From positions 1,221 to 65,220 of the forward strand of contig QEVM01000013.1 in the NCBI GenBank assembly GCA_003576805.1: 64,000 nt of DNA, in the 5' to 3' direction. A program made the position numbers and the translations under genes. The stretch's first letter is position 1; each line of letters begins with the position of its first letter. The stretch comes from Pseudomonadota bacterium (GTDB lineage: Bacteria > Myxococcota_A > UBA9160 > PR03). The notes beneath the pieces are model-generated. The model made no database searches, had not been told where the DNA came from, and saw only the letters and a list, made by a program, of their open reading frames with translations. Shown here in pieces: positions 44,380-55,709 of this stretch.

Positions 44380-44773
44380 CGATCGGTTCTGGTCGCATCG
44401 CTTGGGCCGCATCGCATGGGACGGAGCGCGCGGGATGGACTCGATGAGCCGGACACGATCGCTGCTGATCGCCGCCGCCGCAGCAGCGGCGTTGCTGGCG
44501 CTCGCGGCGTGGTCGTCGGATCCCGGCGCGCTCCGATTCGCGGCCTTCGGCGCCGGAGGCGGCGCGGCCGTCCCCGCGCCCCCGATGCTCGCCTTGCTCG
44601 CGGCCCTCGCAGCGCTCGGCGCAGCGACGGCGAGATGGTTCCGGAGCGGCGTCCGCGGGGACGTCGCGTTGCGGAAGGGAGCCCGGCACGCCGAGCAACG
44701 CAGCGGCGTACGGGAATGGGGACGAACGGCGCGACCATCGAAAACCATGGCCGCACCGACACGAGGGGGACAC

Positions 44774-46474
44774 ATGTCGGTTCGAGCGAAGAGTCTGCGA
44801 GGCGGATTGCTTGCGCTGTTGGTGATCGCCACTGCGGCGCCGAACGAGGCACAGGCCCGTTTCACGATCGGAGGCGAGGACGGGCTCGAGATCAGCGGCG
44901 AGCTCTTCAACTTCACCGAGATCCGTCTCGGTGACCGCGACTCCGGTCCGACCTTCAACTTGAACGCCGCGCCGGGAATCATCGCCGTCCCGGGCGAGGC
45001 CTTCTCGCGCCAGCAGAAGTACGAGCGCTTGAACGCGCTGCGCACCGAGCTGACGCTCGAGATGGTCTACCGCGGCATCCCGCACGTGACGCCGGTGGTG
45101 CGCCTGCGGCCCTACTACGACGCGGCGTTCCCGATCGAGGACCGCGACTACGGCGACATCGGCCGCTTCTGGAAGACGAACCTGGTCGAGGGCATGCACG
45201 ACGAGTGGGACCCGGTGTTCCGCGAGGTGTTCGCGGACGTCAACTTCCACCCGCTCTTCATCCGCGCCGGCCGCCAGATCGTGACGTGGGGCCGCTCGGA
45301 CGGCGTCGTCGTGCTCGACGTCGTGAGCCCGCGCAACTTCCGCAACCCGCTCACCTTCGAGCAGGAGCGGTTCATGATCCCGCAGTGGATGATCAACACC
45401 ACGCTGGACATGTCGAGCTACGACTGGATGCCGGGCGGCACGGAGAAGGAGCTCCAGGTCATCTGGAACCTGAACTACCTGCCGTCGCGCTTCCCCGGCT
45501 TCCGCGCGAGCGAGGAAGGCCAGCACCCCTGGACGCTGAACGTGGTGGACTTCTCGGACCAGGTCATCAACACCCAGACGGCGCTGTTCGGGGAGTCGAG
45601 CTTCTTCGACGACGACAACTACGAGGGCAGCGGCGGCTTCCTCTCGGATACCGAGCTGTTCGTGAAGTGGCGCGGCACGGTGTCGAAGGGCTTCGGACCG
45701 CTCAACAACTTCACGTACTCGTTCCACTTCGCGCATCTGTACAACGACGTCCCGACCTACGAGCTCCAGGACCGCATCGACCTGGGCCTCGCGATCGACA
45801 TCGCGGGTCCGCGCGCGGCGGGCGGCGGCATCGACTTCAGCAAGCACCGCTACCAGATGTACGGCTTCTCGTTCGACAAGGCGCTCGAGTTCCTGCCCGG
45901 CCAGTTCCAGGGCGCGGTGCTGCGCGGCGAGCTCGCCTTCAACAAGGGCGACCGCTTCTACGAGCCGGACCTGAACCTGCGCCGCGCGGACCAGATCCTC
46001 TACATGATCGGCCTCGACCAGTACCTGTATCTGACGCCGCGGAGCTGGGTGGAGACGCCGTGGTTCGTGTCGTTCCAGTTCTGGCAGGACTGGATCCTGC
46101 GCGACGCGGGCCGCGGCAAGTTCACCAACCGCGGTACGCCGGCGTGCGACGGGCAGCCGGGCTGCGGCGACAAGGGCTACATCATCGGCGGCGAGTACGG
46201 CCTGTTCAACGGCCTGCGCGACCAGCGCCGCTCGATCGTGACCCTCTACATGTTCAACGACTTCCTGCCGGGCAAGACGCTGCGCGTCGAGATGTTCGGC
46301 CTGCACGAGTTCGAGAAGAGCGGTACGTGGCTGCGCTTCGTGCTCGGATACAACTTCACGAACAACTTCAGTGCGCGCCTCGGCACGAACGTCATCTTCG
46401 GCAACCGCGACTCGTTCTTCGGCCAGTTCGACAAGACGGACGTCGTGTTCTCGGAGCTGAAGTACACGTTCTGA
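44774..46474 (+). CDS. DUF1302-family outer-membrane beta-barrel protein
   Basis: ORF 44402-46474 trimmed to ATG 44774 (GAGGGGGA upstream). Signal peptide ...ATAAPNEAQA, alternating beta-strand pattern, C-terminal ...VFSELKYTF ending in Phe as in OMPs. Confidence 0.75.
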   Translation: MSVRAKSLRGGLLALLVIATAAPNEAQARFTIGGEDGLEISGELFNFTEIRLGDRDSGPTFNLNAAPGIIAVPGEAFSRQQKYERLNALRTELTLEMVYRGIPHVTPVVRLRPYYDAAFPIEDRDYGDIGRFWKTNLVEGMHDEWDPVFREVFADVNFHPLFIRAGRQIVTWGRSDGVVVLDVVSPRNFRNPLTFEQERFMIPQWMINTTLDMSSYDWMPGGTEKELQVIWNLNYLPSRFPGFRASEEGQHPWTLNVVDFSDQVINTQTALFGESSFFDDDNYEGSGGFLSDTELFVKWRGTVSKGFGPLNNFTYSFHFAHLYNDVPTYELQDRIDLGLAIDIAGPRAAGGGIDFSKHRYQMYGFSFDKALEFLPGQFQGAVLRGELAFNKGDRFYEPDLNLRRADQILYMIGLDQYLYLTPRSWVETPWFVSFQFWQDWILRDAGRGKFTNRGTPACDGQPGCGDKGYIIGGEYGLFNGLRDQRRSIVTLYMFNDFLPGKTLRVEMFGLHEFEKSGTWLRFVLGYNFTNNFSARLGTNVIFGNRDSFFGQFDKTDVVFSELKYTF

Positions 46475-46714
46475 GCTCGGCGATGGGTGGGGTGATGCGA
46501 ACGACATCGAGGAAGGACGAGCGGACGGCGCGCGCGAACGGCGCACGGCTCGCCCTGGAGACCGCATCGCCCCCTTGGAGTGGATCGCGAAACGAAGGAG
46601 CGTCGGGCCGTGTCTCCCCCGGCGCTCCGGATCCGCTGCGCGCGGCAGGCGATGGCCGCGCGCAGCCTTCCCTTCTCACCGCTGATCGCAGCTAGACCCC
46701 AGAAGGAGTTCGAG

Positions 46715-49066
46715 ATGCCGACCGCCGGACCGTTCGGAGCAGCCGTCAAGCGAGTGGAGGACCCGCGCTTCCTGGTGGGCCAGACCTCGTTCGTGGAGGG
46801 CATGGTCCTCCCCAACATGCTCTCCGTCGCCTTCCTGCGCAGCCCGTACGCGCACGCGAAGATCCGGTCGATCGACGTCTCGAAGGCGCTCGCGCTCCCC
46901 GGCGTGGTGCGCGTCCTGACCGGCGAAGAGGCGATCAAGCGCTGCAAGCCGATCCGCGTCGAGTGGAAAGAGTCGAAGTTCGAGGTCGACTTCAAGCCCT
47001 GCGACTACCCGGCGATCGCGGTCGAGCGCACGCGCCACGTCGGCGAGATCGTCGCCGCCGTCGTGGCCGAGAACCGCTACCTCGCCGAGGACGGCGTCGA
47101 GCTGATCGAGGTGGAATGGGAGCCGCTGCCGGCCGTCGTCGATCCGGAGAAGGCGCTCGAGAAGGGCGGCACGCTCGTGCACGAGGAGTGGGGCGACAAC
47201 GTGATGCTCCACTCGCACATCCGCGGCGGCGACGTCGAGGGCGCCTTCCGGCAGGCGGACGTGGTCGTGAAGGGCCGCTTCGCGATGAACCGCCACTGCG
47301 CGGCGCCGATGGAGGGCCGCGCGGTCGTCGCCAACTACGACGCCGCCCAGAACGGCATGACCGTCTGGACCTCGACGCAGATGCCGCACATGGTGCGCAC
47401 CAAGATCGCCGAGGCGCTCGACTACCCCGAGCACCGCATCCGCGTGATCGGCCCCGACGTGGGCGGCGGCTTCGGCCTCAAGTGCCACATCTTCCCGGAG
47501 GAGCTGGCGCTCTCCCTGCTCACGCTCGACGTGAAGCGCCCGCTCAAGTGGGTCGAGGACCGCCGCGAGAACCTGTACGGCTCGTACCACGCCAAGGACG
47601 ACATCTGCTACGCCGAGCTCGCCGTCAAGAACGACGGCACCATCCTCGGCCTCAAGACGAAGTTCATCGGCGACGTCGGCGCCTACACCTCGTACCCCTG
47701 GACGCCGTCCTTCGAGCCGCTGCAGGCGGCGATGGCGGTGCCGGGTCCGTACAAGATCCACCACGTCCACTGCGAGGCGCTCGCGGTCGCCACCAACAAG
47801 ACCACGTCGAGCGTGTACCGCGGCGTCGGCCTGCCCGCCGCGCAGTACACGATGGAGCACATCCTCGACCTCGCGGCGGCGAAGATCGGGATGGACCCCG
47901 CCGAGATCCGGCGCAAGAACATCATGAAGTCGTCGGACTTCCCGGTGACGTCGGTGACCGGCCTCTACTACGACAGCGCGACGCCGCTCGAGTCGCTCGA
48001 CATGGCGCTCGAGATGATCAAGTACCCCGAGTTCCGCAAGGAGCAGGAGGCCGCGCGCAAGCAGGGCAAGTACCTCGGCATCGGCATCAGCGCGATGATC
48101 GAGATGACCACCTTCGGCTTCGAGTACTGGCGCGCCGCGGGCCTGAAGAGCGTGACCGGCTACGACTCGGCGCACCTGCGCGTCGACCCGAACGGCGGCG
48201 TGACGCTCACGGTCGGCACCTTCAACCACGGCCAGGGACACCCGACGGCGTACGCCCAGCTCGTCGCGGACGGCATCGGCTGCAAGATCGAGGACGTCAC
48301 CTTCATCCAGGGCGACACCCAGATGACGCCGTACGGATGGGGCACCTGGGGCAGCCGCAGCGCGGTCGCCGGCGGCGGCGCCGTGATCAAGGCGTCGGAG
48401 AAGATCCGGGAGAAGATGTTCCGGGTCGCCGCGAACCTGATGGAGGTGTCCGCGCAGGACCTCGAGCTCAAGGACGGCAAGGTCCAGGTGAAGGGCGTGC
48501 CGGGCAAGAGCATGACGATCCGCGAGGTCGCGCAGGCCACCGTGTACACGGCCGACGTGCCCGACGACGACGAGCCGGGCCTCGAGGCCAGCTACTACTA
48601 CAAGGCGCCGACGCCCTACGCGAACTCGACGCACATCGCGGTCGTCGAGGTGGACCCGGAGACCGGGTACACCAAGATCCTGCGCTACGTCGTCACCGAA
48701 GACTGCGGCCGCATGATCAACCCGATGATCGTGGACGGGCAGATCGCCGGCGGCGTGGCGCAGGGCATCGGCCAGGCGATGTTCGAGCACCACCAGTTCG
48801 ACGAGTCGGGCCAGATCCTCACCACCTCGCTGATGGACTACCTGATCCCGTCGTGCGCCGACGTGCCGCCGATGCAGTTCGGCCATCTCGAGACGCCGTG
48901 CCCGATCTCGGTGGGCGGCATCAAGGGCATGGGCGAGGGCGGCGCCGTCGCGCCGCCGCCCGCGATCGCCAACGCGATCGCCGACGCGCTCGCGCCGCTG
49001 GCCGGCTGGAAGCCGATCGGCCGGCTCCCCATGTCGCCGGAAGTGGTGCGCCGCCAGATCGCCTGA
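46715..49066 (+). CDS. XDH-family molybdopterin-binding large subunit (L2, paralog of L1)
   Basis: AGAAGGAG-ttcgag-ATG. VKRVEDPRFLVGQ, DVGGGFGLKCHIFPEE, VYRGVGLP, IKGMGEGG. 783 aa, the same length as L1. Confidence 0.92.
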   Translation: MPTAGPFGAAVKRVEDPRFLVGQTSFVEGMVLPNMLSVAFLRSPYAHAKIRSIDVSKALALPGVVRVLTGEEAIKRCKPIRVEWKESKFEVDFKPCDYPAIAVERTRHVGEIVAAVVAENRYLAEDGVELIEVEWEPLPAVVDPEKALEKGGTLVHEEWGDNVMLHSHIRGGDVEGAFRQADVVVKGRFAMNRHCAAPMEGRAVVANYDAAQNGMTVWTSTQMPHMVRTKIAEALDYPEHRIRVIGPDVGGGFGLKCHIFPEELALSLLTLDVKRPLKWVEDRRENLYGSYHAKDDICYAELAVKNDGTILGLKTKFIGDVGAYTSYPWTPSFEPLQAAMAVPGPYKIHHVHCEALAVATNKTTSSVYRGVGLPAAQYTMEHILDLAAAKIGMDPAEIRRKNIMKSSDFPVTSVTGLYYDSATPLESLDMALEMIKYPEFRKEQEAARKQGKYLGIGISAMIEMTTFGFEYWRAAGLKSVTGYDSAHLRVDPNGGVTLTVGTFNHGQGHPTAYAQLVADGIGCKIEDVTFIQGDTQMTPYGWGTWGSRSAVAGGGAVIKASEKIREKMFRVAANLMEVSAQDLELKDGKVQVKGVPGKSMTIREVAQATVYTADVPDDDEPGLEASYYYKAPTPYANSTHIAVVEVDPETGYTKILRYVVTEDCGRMINPMIVDGQIAGGVAQGIGQAMFEHHQFDESGQILTTSLMDYLIPSCADVPPMQFGHLETPCPISVGGIKGMGEGGAVAPPPAIANAIADALAPLAGWKPIGRLPMSPEVVRRQIA

Positions 49067-49100
49067 GCGCCGACCCCGAGACGAAAGGGCTTCGATTCCG

Positions 49101-50249
49101 ATGCGTGAGATCGTGGAGGAGATGCGGACGCAGCTCGCTGCAGGAAGCGGCGGAGCCCTCGTCACGATCGTGCGCACCACCGGCTCGGTGTACCGCCGCG
49201 AAGGCGCCAAGATGCTGTGCCTTCCCGGCGGCCGCCTGGTCGGGTCGATCAGCGGCGGCTGCCTCGAGTCCGACGTGTACGAGGCGTCGCAGGACGTCGT
49301 CGCGCAGCAGCGCCCGATCCTCGCGGGCTACGACACCAACTCCGAGAACGACAACGTCTGGGGCCTGGGCCTCGGCTGCAACGGCACCGTCGAGGTGCTG
49401 ATCGAGCCGCTCGACTGGTGGCGCGGCGCGGCGGGGCGCGCGCTGTTCGACGCGCTCTCGCGCCACGTGGAGGCCGGCGAGCGCTGCGCGCTCGTCACGG
49501 CCTTCGGCGCAGGCGACGGCCATCCGCTGCCCGGCATCCAGCGCGTGCTGGTCGACGCGCACGGCGCGGTCGTCGGCGAGCCGGCGTCCGCCTTCGAGGA
49601 AGCCGAGCTCGACGCCGCGGTCGATCTGCTCGTGAACGAGCGCGTGCGCCCGTCGCGCAAGCTGCGCGTCGGCGCGCGCGAGGTGTTCGTGGACGTGATC
49701 GTGCCGCCGACGCCGCTGCTCGTGGTCGGCGCCGGGCACGACGCCGCCCCGCTCGTGCGCATGGCGCGCGAGCTCGGCTTCGTCGTGACGCTGATCGACA
49801 GCCGCGAGCGCTTCGCGACGCGCGAACGCTTCCCCGAGGCGGACTTCGCGCTGTGCGTGCGGCCGCCGGACTTCGCGTCGAAGGTGTCGTTCGCGGGCAG
49901 CCCCGCGGTCGTGCTGATGACGCACAACTACCTCGTCGACCGCGAGATCCTCGGACAGATCCTCGTCTCGGACGCGCCCTTCACCTACGTCGGGGCGCTC
50001 GGGCCGCACGCCCGCACCGAGTCGATGCTCCGCGAGCTGCGCGAGGAAGGCCTCGCGCTGCGCGAAGACAAGGTCGCTCAGATCCGCACGCCGATCGGCA
50101 TCGACATCGGCGCCGAATCCCCCGCCGAGATCGCGCTCTCGGTGCTCGCCGAGGTGCTCTCGGTCCGCAACGGACGCCGGCCGGTCCCGCTGCGCGAGAA
50201 GAAGGGGAAGATTCACCTACCCGAAGCCAACGTGGAGAAATCGAGTTGA
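49101..50249 (+). CDS. XdhC/CoxI-family accessory protein (fused N and C domains)
   Basis: 382 aa. N-domain GSVYRREGAKML...GSISGGCLESDV and Rossmann-like C-domain LLVVGAGHDAAPLVRMARELGF...GALGPHARTE. Confidence 0.88.
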   Translation: MREIVEEMRTQLAAGSGGALVTIVRTTGSVYRREGAKMLCLPGGRLVGSISGGCLESDVYEASQDVVAQQRPILAGYDTNSENDNVWGLGLGCNGTVEVLIEPLDWWRGAAGRALFDALSRHVEAGERCALVTAFGAGDGHPLPGIQRVLVDAHGAVVGEPASAFEEAELDAAVDLLVNERVRPSRKLRVGAREVFVDVIVPPTPLLVVGAGHDAAPLVRMARELGFVVTLIDSRERFATRERFPEADFALCVRPPDFASKVSFAGSPAVVLMTHNYLVDREILGQILVSDAPFTYVGALGPHARTESMLRELREEGLALREDKVAQIRTPIGIDIGAESPAEIALSVLAEVLSVRNGRRPVPLREKKGKIHLPEANVEKSS

Positions 50250-51253
50250 AGTCCAGCCTCCTGTATTCGTACCAGGTCGAGAACGACGACCCGTATCGCA
50301 CCTTCGCCGACTCGCTCGTGCAGATGGACCTCGCCGAGCGGCTCGGGTTCGACTCGGTGCTCGTCAGCGAGCACCACCTCGTCGAGAACGGCTACTTCCC
50401 GGCGCCCTTCGTCGTGTGCGGCGCGATCGCGATGCGCGTCCAGCGCATGCGCATGGGCCCCGGCATCCTGCTGCTCCCGCTCTACGACCCGCTCCACGTC
50501 GCCGAGCACTCGACGATCATGGACGTCGTCTCGAACGGCCGCTTCATCCTCGGCATCGGCTACGGCTACCGCCAGGAGGAGTTCGACGCCTTCGGTGTGA
50601 AGCTCGACGACCGCGGCGCGCGCATGCGCGAGGGCATCGAGGCGATGCGCGCGATGTGGGAGAACCCGGTCGCCACCTACCACGGCGAGCACTTCCACTA
50701 CGACAAGGTCACGCTGCGGCCGCGCCCGATCCAGCAGCCGAACCCGCCGATCTGGGTGGCCGCCAAGACGCGCAACGCGGTGCGGCTCGCCGGCCGGCTC
50801 GGCGACGCCTGGTTCGCCGACCCGATCCAGCCGCTCAAGGTCACGAAGGACCGGCTCGCGGTCTACGAGCAGGCGGCGGCCGAGGCCGGCCGCAACCCGA
50901 ACCACGACCTGCCGCTGATGCGCGAGGTGTTCTGCGCGGAGACGGACGAGCAGGCGTGGGAGCAGGCGCGCGAGGGCATGCTCTACGTCTACAAGGAATA
51001 CCTGCAGTGGGGCCACATGCTCGACGACGAGGGCAACCCCGTCCCGCCGGGCGACGAACGCGCGCTGGGCCTGCTGAAGAAGCGCTTCATCGTCGGCAGC
51101 CCCGAGAGCTGCGTCGAGCAGGCGCTCCGCTATCGCGACGAGCTCGGCGCGACCAACCTCATCATGCGGATGAAGTTCCCCGGCATCCCGCACGAGCGCG
51201 TCCTGAAGTCGATCCAGCTGTGGGGAGAGCGGGTGCTGCCCGCCCTGGCGTAG
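50246..51253 (+). CDS. LLM-class flavin-dependent oxidoreductase (second copy in window)
   Basis: TTG 50246 overlaps the XdhC stop (TTGA), 6 nt after GGAGAA. FDSVLVSEHHLVENGYFP...GRFILGIGYGYRQEEF...PPIWVAA pattern. Confidence 0.8.
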   Translation: MKSSLLYSYQVENDDPYRTFADSLVQMDLAERLGFDSVLVSEHHLVENGYFPAPFVVCGAIAMRVQRMRMGPGILLLPLYDPLHVAEHSTIMDVVSNGRFILGIGYGYRQEEFDAFGVKLDDRGARMREGIEAMRAMWENPVATYHGEHFHYDKVTLRPRPIQQPNPPIWVAAKTRNAVRLAGRLGDAWFADPIQPLKVTKDRLAVYEQAAAEAGRNPNHDLPLMREVFCAETDEQAWEQAREGMLYVYKEYLQWGHMLDDEGNPVPPGDERALGLLKKRFIVGSPESCVEQALRYRDELGATNLIMRMKFPGIPHERVLKSIQLWGERVLPALA

Positions 51254-51273
51254 GCCGGGATCCGGAGGTCGTT

Positions 51274-52169
<896 letters not shown>

Positions 52170-52173
<4 letters not shown>

Positions 52174-53303
52174 CGCTGGAGGCATCGTCCATCGGCGACG
52201 CCGCGGGCGCCGCCCGCGCGCTGGTGCAGCGCGTGATGACGTTCGGCCGCCTGTGCAAGGCGGCCGGGCTCGGCGCGACGCCCGCCCGCATGATGGACGT
52301 GCTCCGCTCGCTCGAGGGCATCGATCTCCGGCGCCGCGACGACTTCCGCCTGGCGCTGCGCACCAACCTCGCGAGCAGCCACGAGGAGGAGGCGCTCTTC
52401 GACCGCCTGTTCCGCACCTACTGGGAAGGCGAGGCGACGGCCGACTACCAGCCGGCCGAGTTCGAGCTCGAGCCCCAGGAAGACGACAAGAACCGCGAGA
52501 TCCCCGACGAGCCGCCCGACCTGCTCGGCAATCCCGAGCAGTGGAGCGCGGACGAGCTCGCCAAGGCGCGCGAGCTGGTCGGCCGCTGGACCGGCGAGAG
52601 CCGCGAGGTGCAGCGCCTCGTGCGCGAGCTGGCCGAGCGGCTCGCGACGCGTCCGAGCCGGCGCGTGAAGCCGGCGCGCCGCGGGCCGCGCGTCGACATG
52701 CGCCGCTCGCTGCGCCGCAACCTCGCGCACGGCGAGATGCTCGAGCTCTCGCGCACGCGGCGGAAGATCCGCAAGACGCGGCTCGTCATGCTGTGCGACG
52801 TCAGCGGCTCGATGGACACCTACAACCCGCTGCTGCTGCAGCTCATGTTCGGGCTGCAGCGCGCGCTGCCCAACTCGCGCACGGTGGTGTTCACGACGCG
52901 CAGCAGCGAGATCACGCGCAGCCTGCGCCGCCGCTCGGTGCCCGAGGCGCTGAACGAGGCGAGCCGACTGGCGCGCCACTGGTCGGGCGGCACCAACATC
53001 GGCGCCGCGATCGGCGAGGTGAACCGCCGCATCCTGCGCGAGGGCTCCGCCAGCTCGACCGTCGCGATCATCGTGAGCGACGGCTACGACCAGGGCGATC
53101 CCGCGCTGATCTCGCGCGAGATGCGCGCGCTGCGCCGCCGCGTGCGCGCGGTCACCTGGATCAACCCGCTCGCCGGCAGCGAGGGCTACACGCCCACCGC
53201 GCGCGGCATGCAGGCCGCGCTTCCGTACGTGGACCACTTCTTCGGCGCCAGCAACGCCAAGGCGATCCGGGCGCTCACGAAACAGCTCGGTGCGATTCGC
53301 TGA
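52170..53303 (+). CDS. VWA domain protein (CoxE-like), copy 2
   Basis: ATG 52170 overlaps the upstream stop (ATGA). LVMLCDVSGSM MIDAS, IVSDGYDQGD, TWINPLAG. Confidence 0.85.
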
Positions 53304-53327
53304 TCGAACTCAGCAGGGAGTAGGAAC

Positions 53328-55709
53328 TTGAAGTACATCGGTACCGGCATGACGTCCCTCACCAACCGCCAGCTCGCGGCGGGCAAGGGAACCTTCGTCG
53401 CGGACTACAAGCCCGAAGGCATGCTCCACATGGCCGTGCTGCGCAGTCCGTACGCGTCCGCGCGGATCCGCAGCATCGACACCAAGGCGGCCGAGCAGAT
53501 GCCCGGCGTCGTGTACGTCATCACCGGCCAGGAGGTGGCGGCGAACATGAACCCGATCTTCGAGGCGTACGACACCGCCGCGATGGGCGCCAAGGGCGTC
53601 AAGTGGTACGCGCTCGTGCCCGAGCGCGTGCGCTTCGTGGGCGAGTGCGTCGCCGCGGTCGTCGCCGAGGACAAGTGGACGGCGCGCGCCGCCGCCGACG
53701 CCATCGAGGTCGACTACGAGGAGCTGCAGCCGGTCACCGACCCGGAGAAGGCGATGGAGCCCGGCGCGCCGCTCGTCGAGCCCGAGTGGGGCGACAACAT
53801 CCTGGTGACGCGCGACTTCCGCTCCGGCGATCCCGACAAGGCGTTCGCCGAGGCCGACGGCACGATCTCGGGCGTCGTCAAGCAGCACCGCTACACGGGC
53901 GCCGCGATCGAGCCGCGCGCGTACCTCGCCAACTACGATCCCTACCAGGACCTGCTCACCTTCCACGCCTCGACGCAGAACCCGCACCCGATGCGCGTGT
54001 TCCTGGCCGAGACGCTGGGCATCCCGGAGACGTCGATCCGGGTGATCCAGCCGCACGTGGGCGGCGGCTTCGGCCTCAAGATCCCGACCTTCCAGGAGGA
54101 GCCGCTGCTCGCGTACCTCGCGCGCAAGCTCCAGCGGCCGATCCGCTTCGTGGCCGAGCGCACCGAGGACCTGCTCGCCGGCGGCCACGCCCGCGAGGAG
54201 CGCCTCTACTACGAGGTCGCCTACAAGAAGGATGGGACGGTCACGGGCCTGCGCGCCAAGGTGATCGCCGACGTCGGCGCGCCCTCGGCGCTGTGCGGCT
54301 GGGGCCAGTCCTTCGTGACGTCCTACTGCATCCCGACCTGTTACAAGATCCCGAACAACCGGGTGCAGCTCTTCTCGGTCGTCACCAACAAGTGTCCGTG
54401 GAACGCGTACCGCGGCTACGGCAAGGAAGCCGCGTCGTTCATGATGGACCGCATCATGGACAACGTCGCCCGCGAGACCGGGCTCGACCGCGCCGAGGTG
54501 CGGCTGCGCAACTACATCCAGCCGCACGAGTTCCCGTACTCCCAGGTCTCGGGCGCGATGCTGGACAGCGGCGACTACCCGAAGGCGCTGCGCAAGGTCC
54601 TCGACATGATCGACTACGAGAACTTCCCGGCGATGCAGGCGGCGGCGCGCAAGGAGGGCCGCTACCTCGGCATCGGCATCGGGCAGGAGCTGACGCCGGA
54701 GGGCTGCTCGATGCCGCGCTCGACGCTGCTCGGCGGCTGGGACGGCTGCACGGTGCGCGTCAACCCGTCGGGCCAGGTGACGATCCTGACCGGCGTCACG
54801 TCGCCCGGCTCGGGCAACGAGACGGCGATCGCGCAGATCGTGGCGGACGAGCTCGGCGTCTCGATCGACCACATCAAGGTGATCCAGGGCGACACCGACA
54901 CCTGCCCGTACGGCCTCGGCAACTACAGCTCGCGCAGCATCATCATGGGCGGCTCGGCGGCGAAGGTCGCGGCGAACGAGCTGCGCGAGAAGATGCTGAA
55001 GGTGGCGTCCAAGCTGCTCGAGGTGGCGCCCGACGACGTCGACGCCGAGGACGACAAGTTCTTCCTGAAGGGCGCTCCGACGCGCTTCGTGACCTTCAAG
55101 GAGGTCGCGAGCACGGTGTACCGCGATTGCCACGGCAAGGCCGCGTTCGACGTCGAGCCCGGCCTCGAGGCGACGCGCTACTTCAAGCACCCGAACGTCT
55201 ACCACCAGCCCGACACGCAGGGCCGCTTCTCGTCGTACCCGTCGTGGCCGAACCAGGCCGTGGCGATCATCGTCGAGGTCGATCCCGAGACCGGGAAGTT
55301 CAAGATCGTGCGCTACTGCGCGGTGCACGACAGCGGCGTCGTGATCAACCCGCTGCTCGCCGAGGCCAACCTGCACGGCGGCTTCGTGCAGGGCATCGGC
55401 GGCGCGGCGTTCGAGCACCTCGTGTACGACGAGTCCGGCCAGCTCCTCACCACCACCTTCATGGACTACACGTGCCCGACGGCGGTCGACGTGCCGTCCT
55501 TCGAGGTGGCGCACCAGGAGACGCCGTCGCCGTTCACGCCGCTCGGCACCAAGGGCGTGGGCGAGTCCGGCGTCACGGGCCCGCTCGGCGGCCTGTGCAG
55601 CGCCATCGAGAACGCGCTCGCGGACAGGAACGTCCGGCTGACCGAGCTGCCGCTGACTCCGAGTCGTGTATGGGAGGCGATCTCCGCCGCCCAGGGAGGA
55701 AACCGATGA
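53328..55709 (+). CDS. XDH-family molybdopterin-binding large subunit (L3, divergent)
   Basis: TTG start 7 nt after GGGAG. HVGGGFGLKIPTFQEE, NAYRGYGKE, TKGVGESG. 793 aa. Confidence 0.9.
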   Translation: MKYIGTGMTSLTNRQLAAGKGTFVADYKPEGMLHMAVLRSPYASARIRSIDTKAAEQMPGVVYVITGQEVAANMNPIFEAYDTAAMGAKGVKWYALVPERVRFVGECVAAVVAEDKWTARAAADAIEVDYEELQPVTDPEKAMEPGAPLVEPEWGDNILVTRDFRSGDPDKAFAEADGTISGVVKQHRYTGAAIEPRAYLANYDPYQDLLTFHASTQNPHPMRVFLAETLGIPETSIRVIQPHVGGGFGLKIPTFQEEPLLAYLARKLQRPIRFVAERTEDLLAGGHAREERLYYEVAYKKDGTVTGLRAKVIADVGAPSALCGWGQSFVTSYCIPTCYKIPNNRVQLFSVVTNKCPWNAYRGYGKEAASFMMDRIMDNVARETGLDRAEVRLRNYIQPHEFPYSQVSGAMLDSGDYPKALRKVLDMIDYENFPAMQAAARKEGRYLGIGIGQELTPEGCSMPRSTLLGGWDGCTVRVNPSGQVTILTGVTSPGSGNETAIAQIVADELGVSIDHIKVIQGDTDTCPYGLGNYSSRSIIMGGSAAKVAANELREKMLKVASKLLEVAPDDVDAEDDKFFLKGAPTRFVTFKEVASTVYRDCHGKAAFDVEPGLEATRYFKHPNVYHQPDTQGRFSSYPSWPNQAVAIIVEVDPETGKFKIVRYCAVHDSGVVINPLLAEANLHGGFVQGIGGAAFEHLVYDESGQLLTTTFMDYTCPTAVDVPSFEVAHQETPSPFTPLGTKGVGESGVTGPLGGLCSAIENALADRNVRLTELPLTPSRVWEAISAAQGGNR

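Noticed and set aside
46556-46570. TGGAGA-ccgca-TCGC as an internal sigma54 promoter upstream of large subunit L2
   Set aside because: Only the GG/GC spacing and two T positions match. Matches of this quality are expected by chance in GC-rich DNA. I kept it as a note only.
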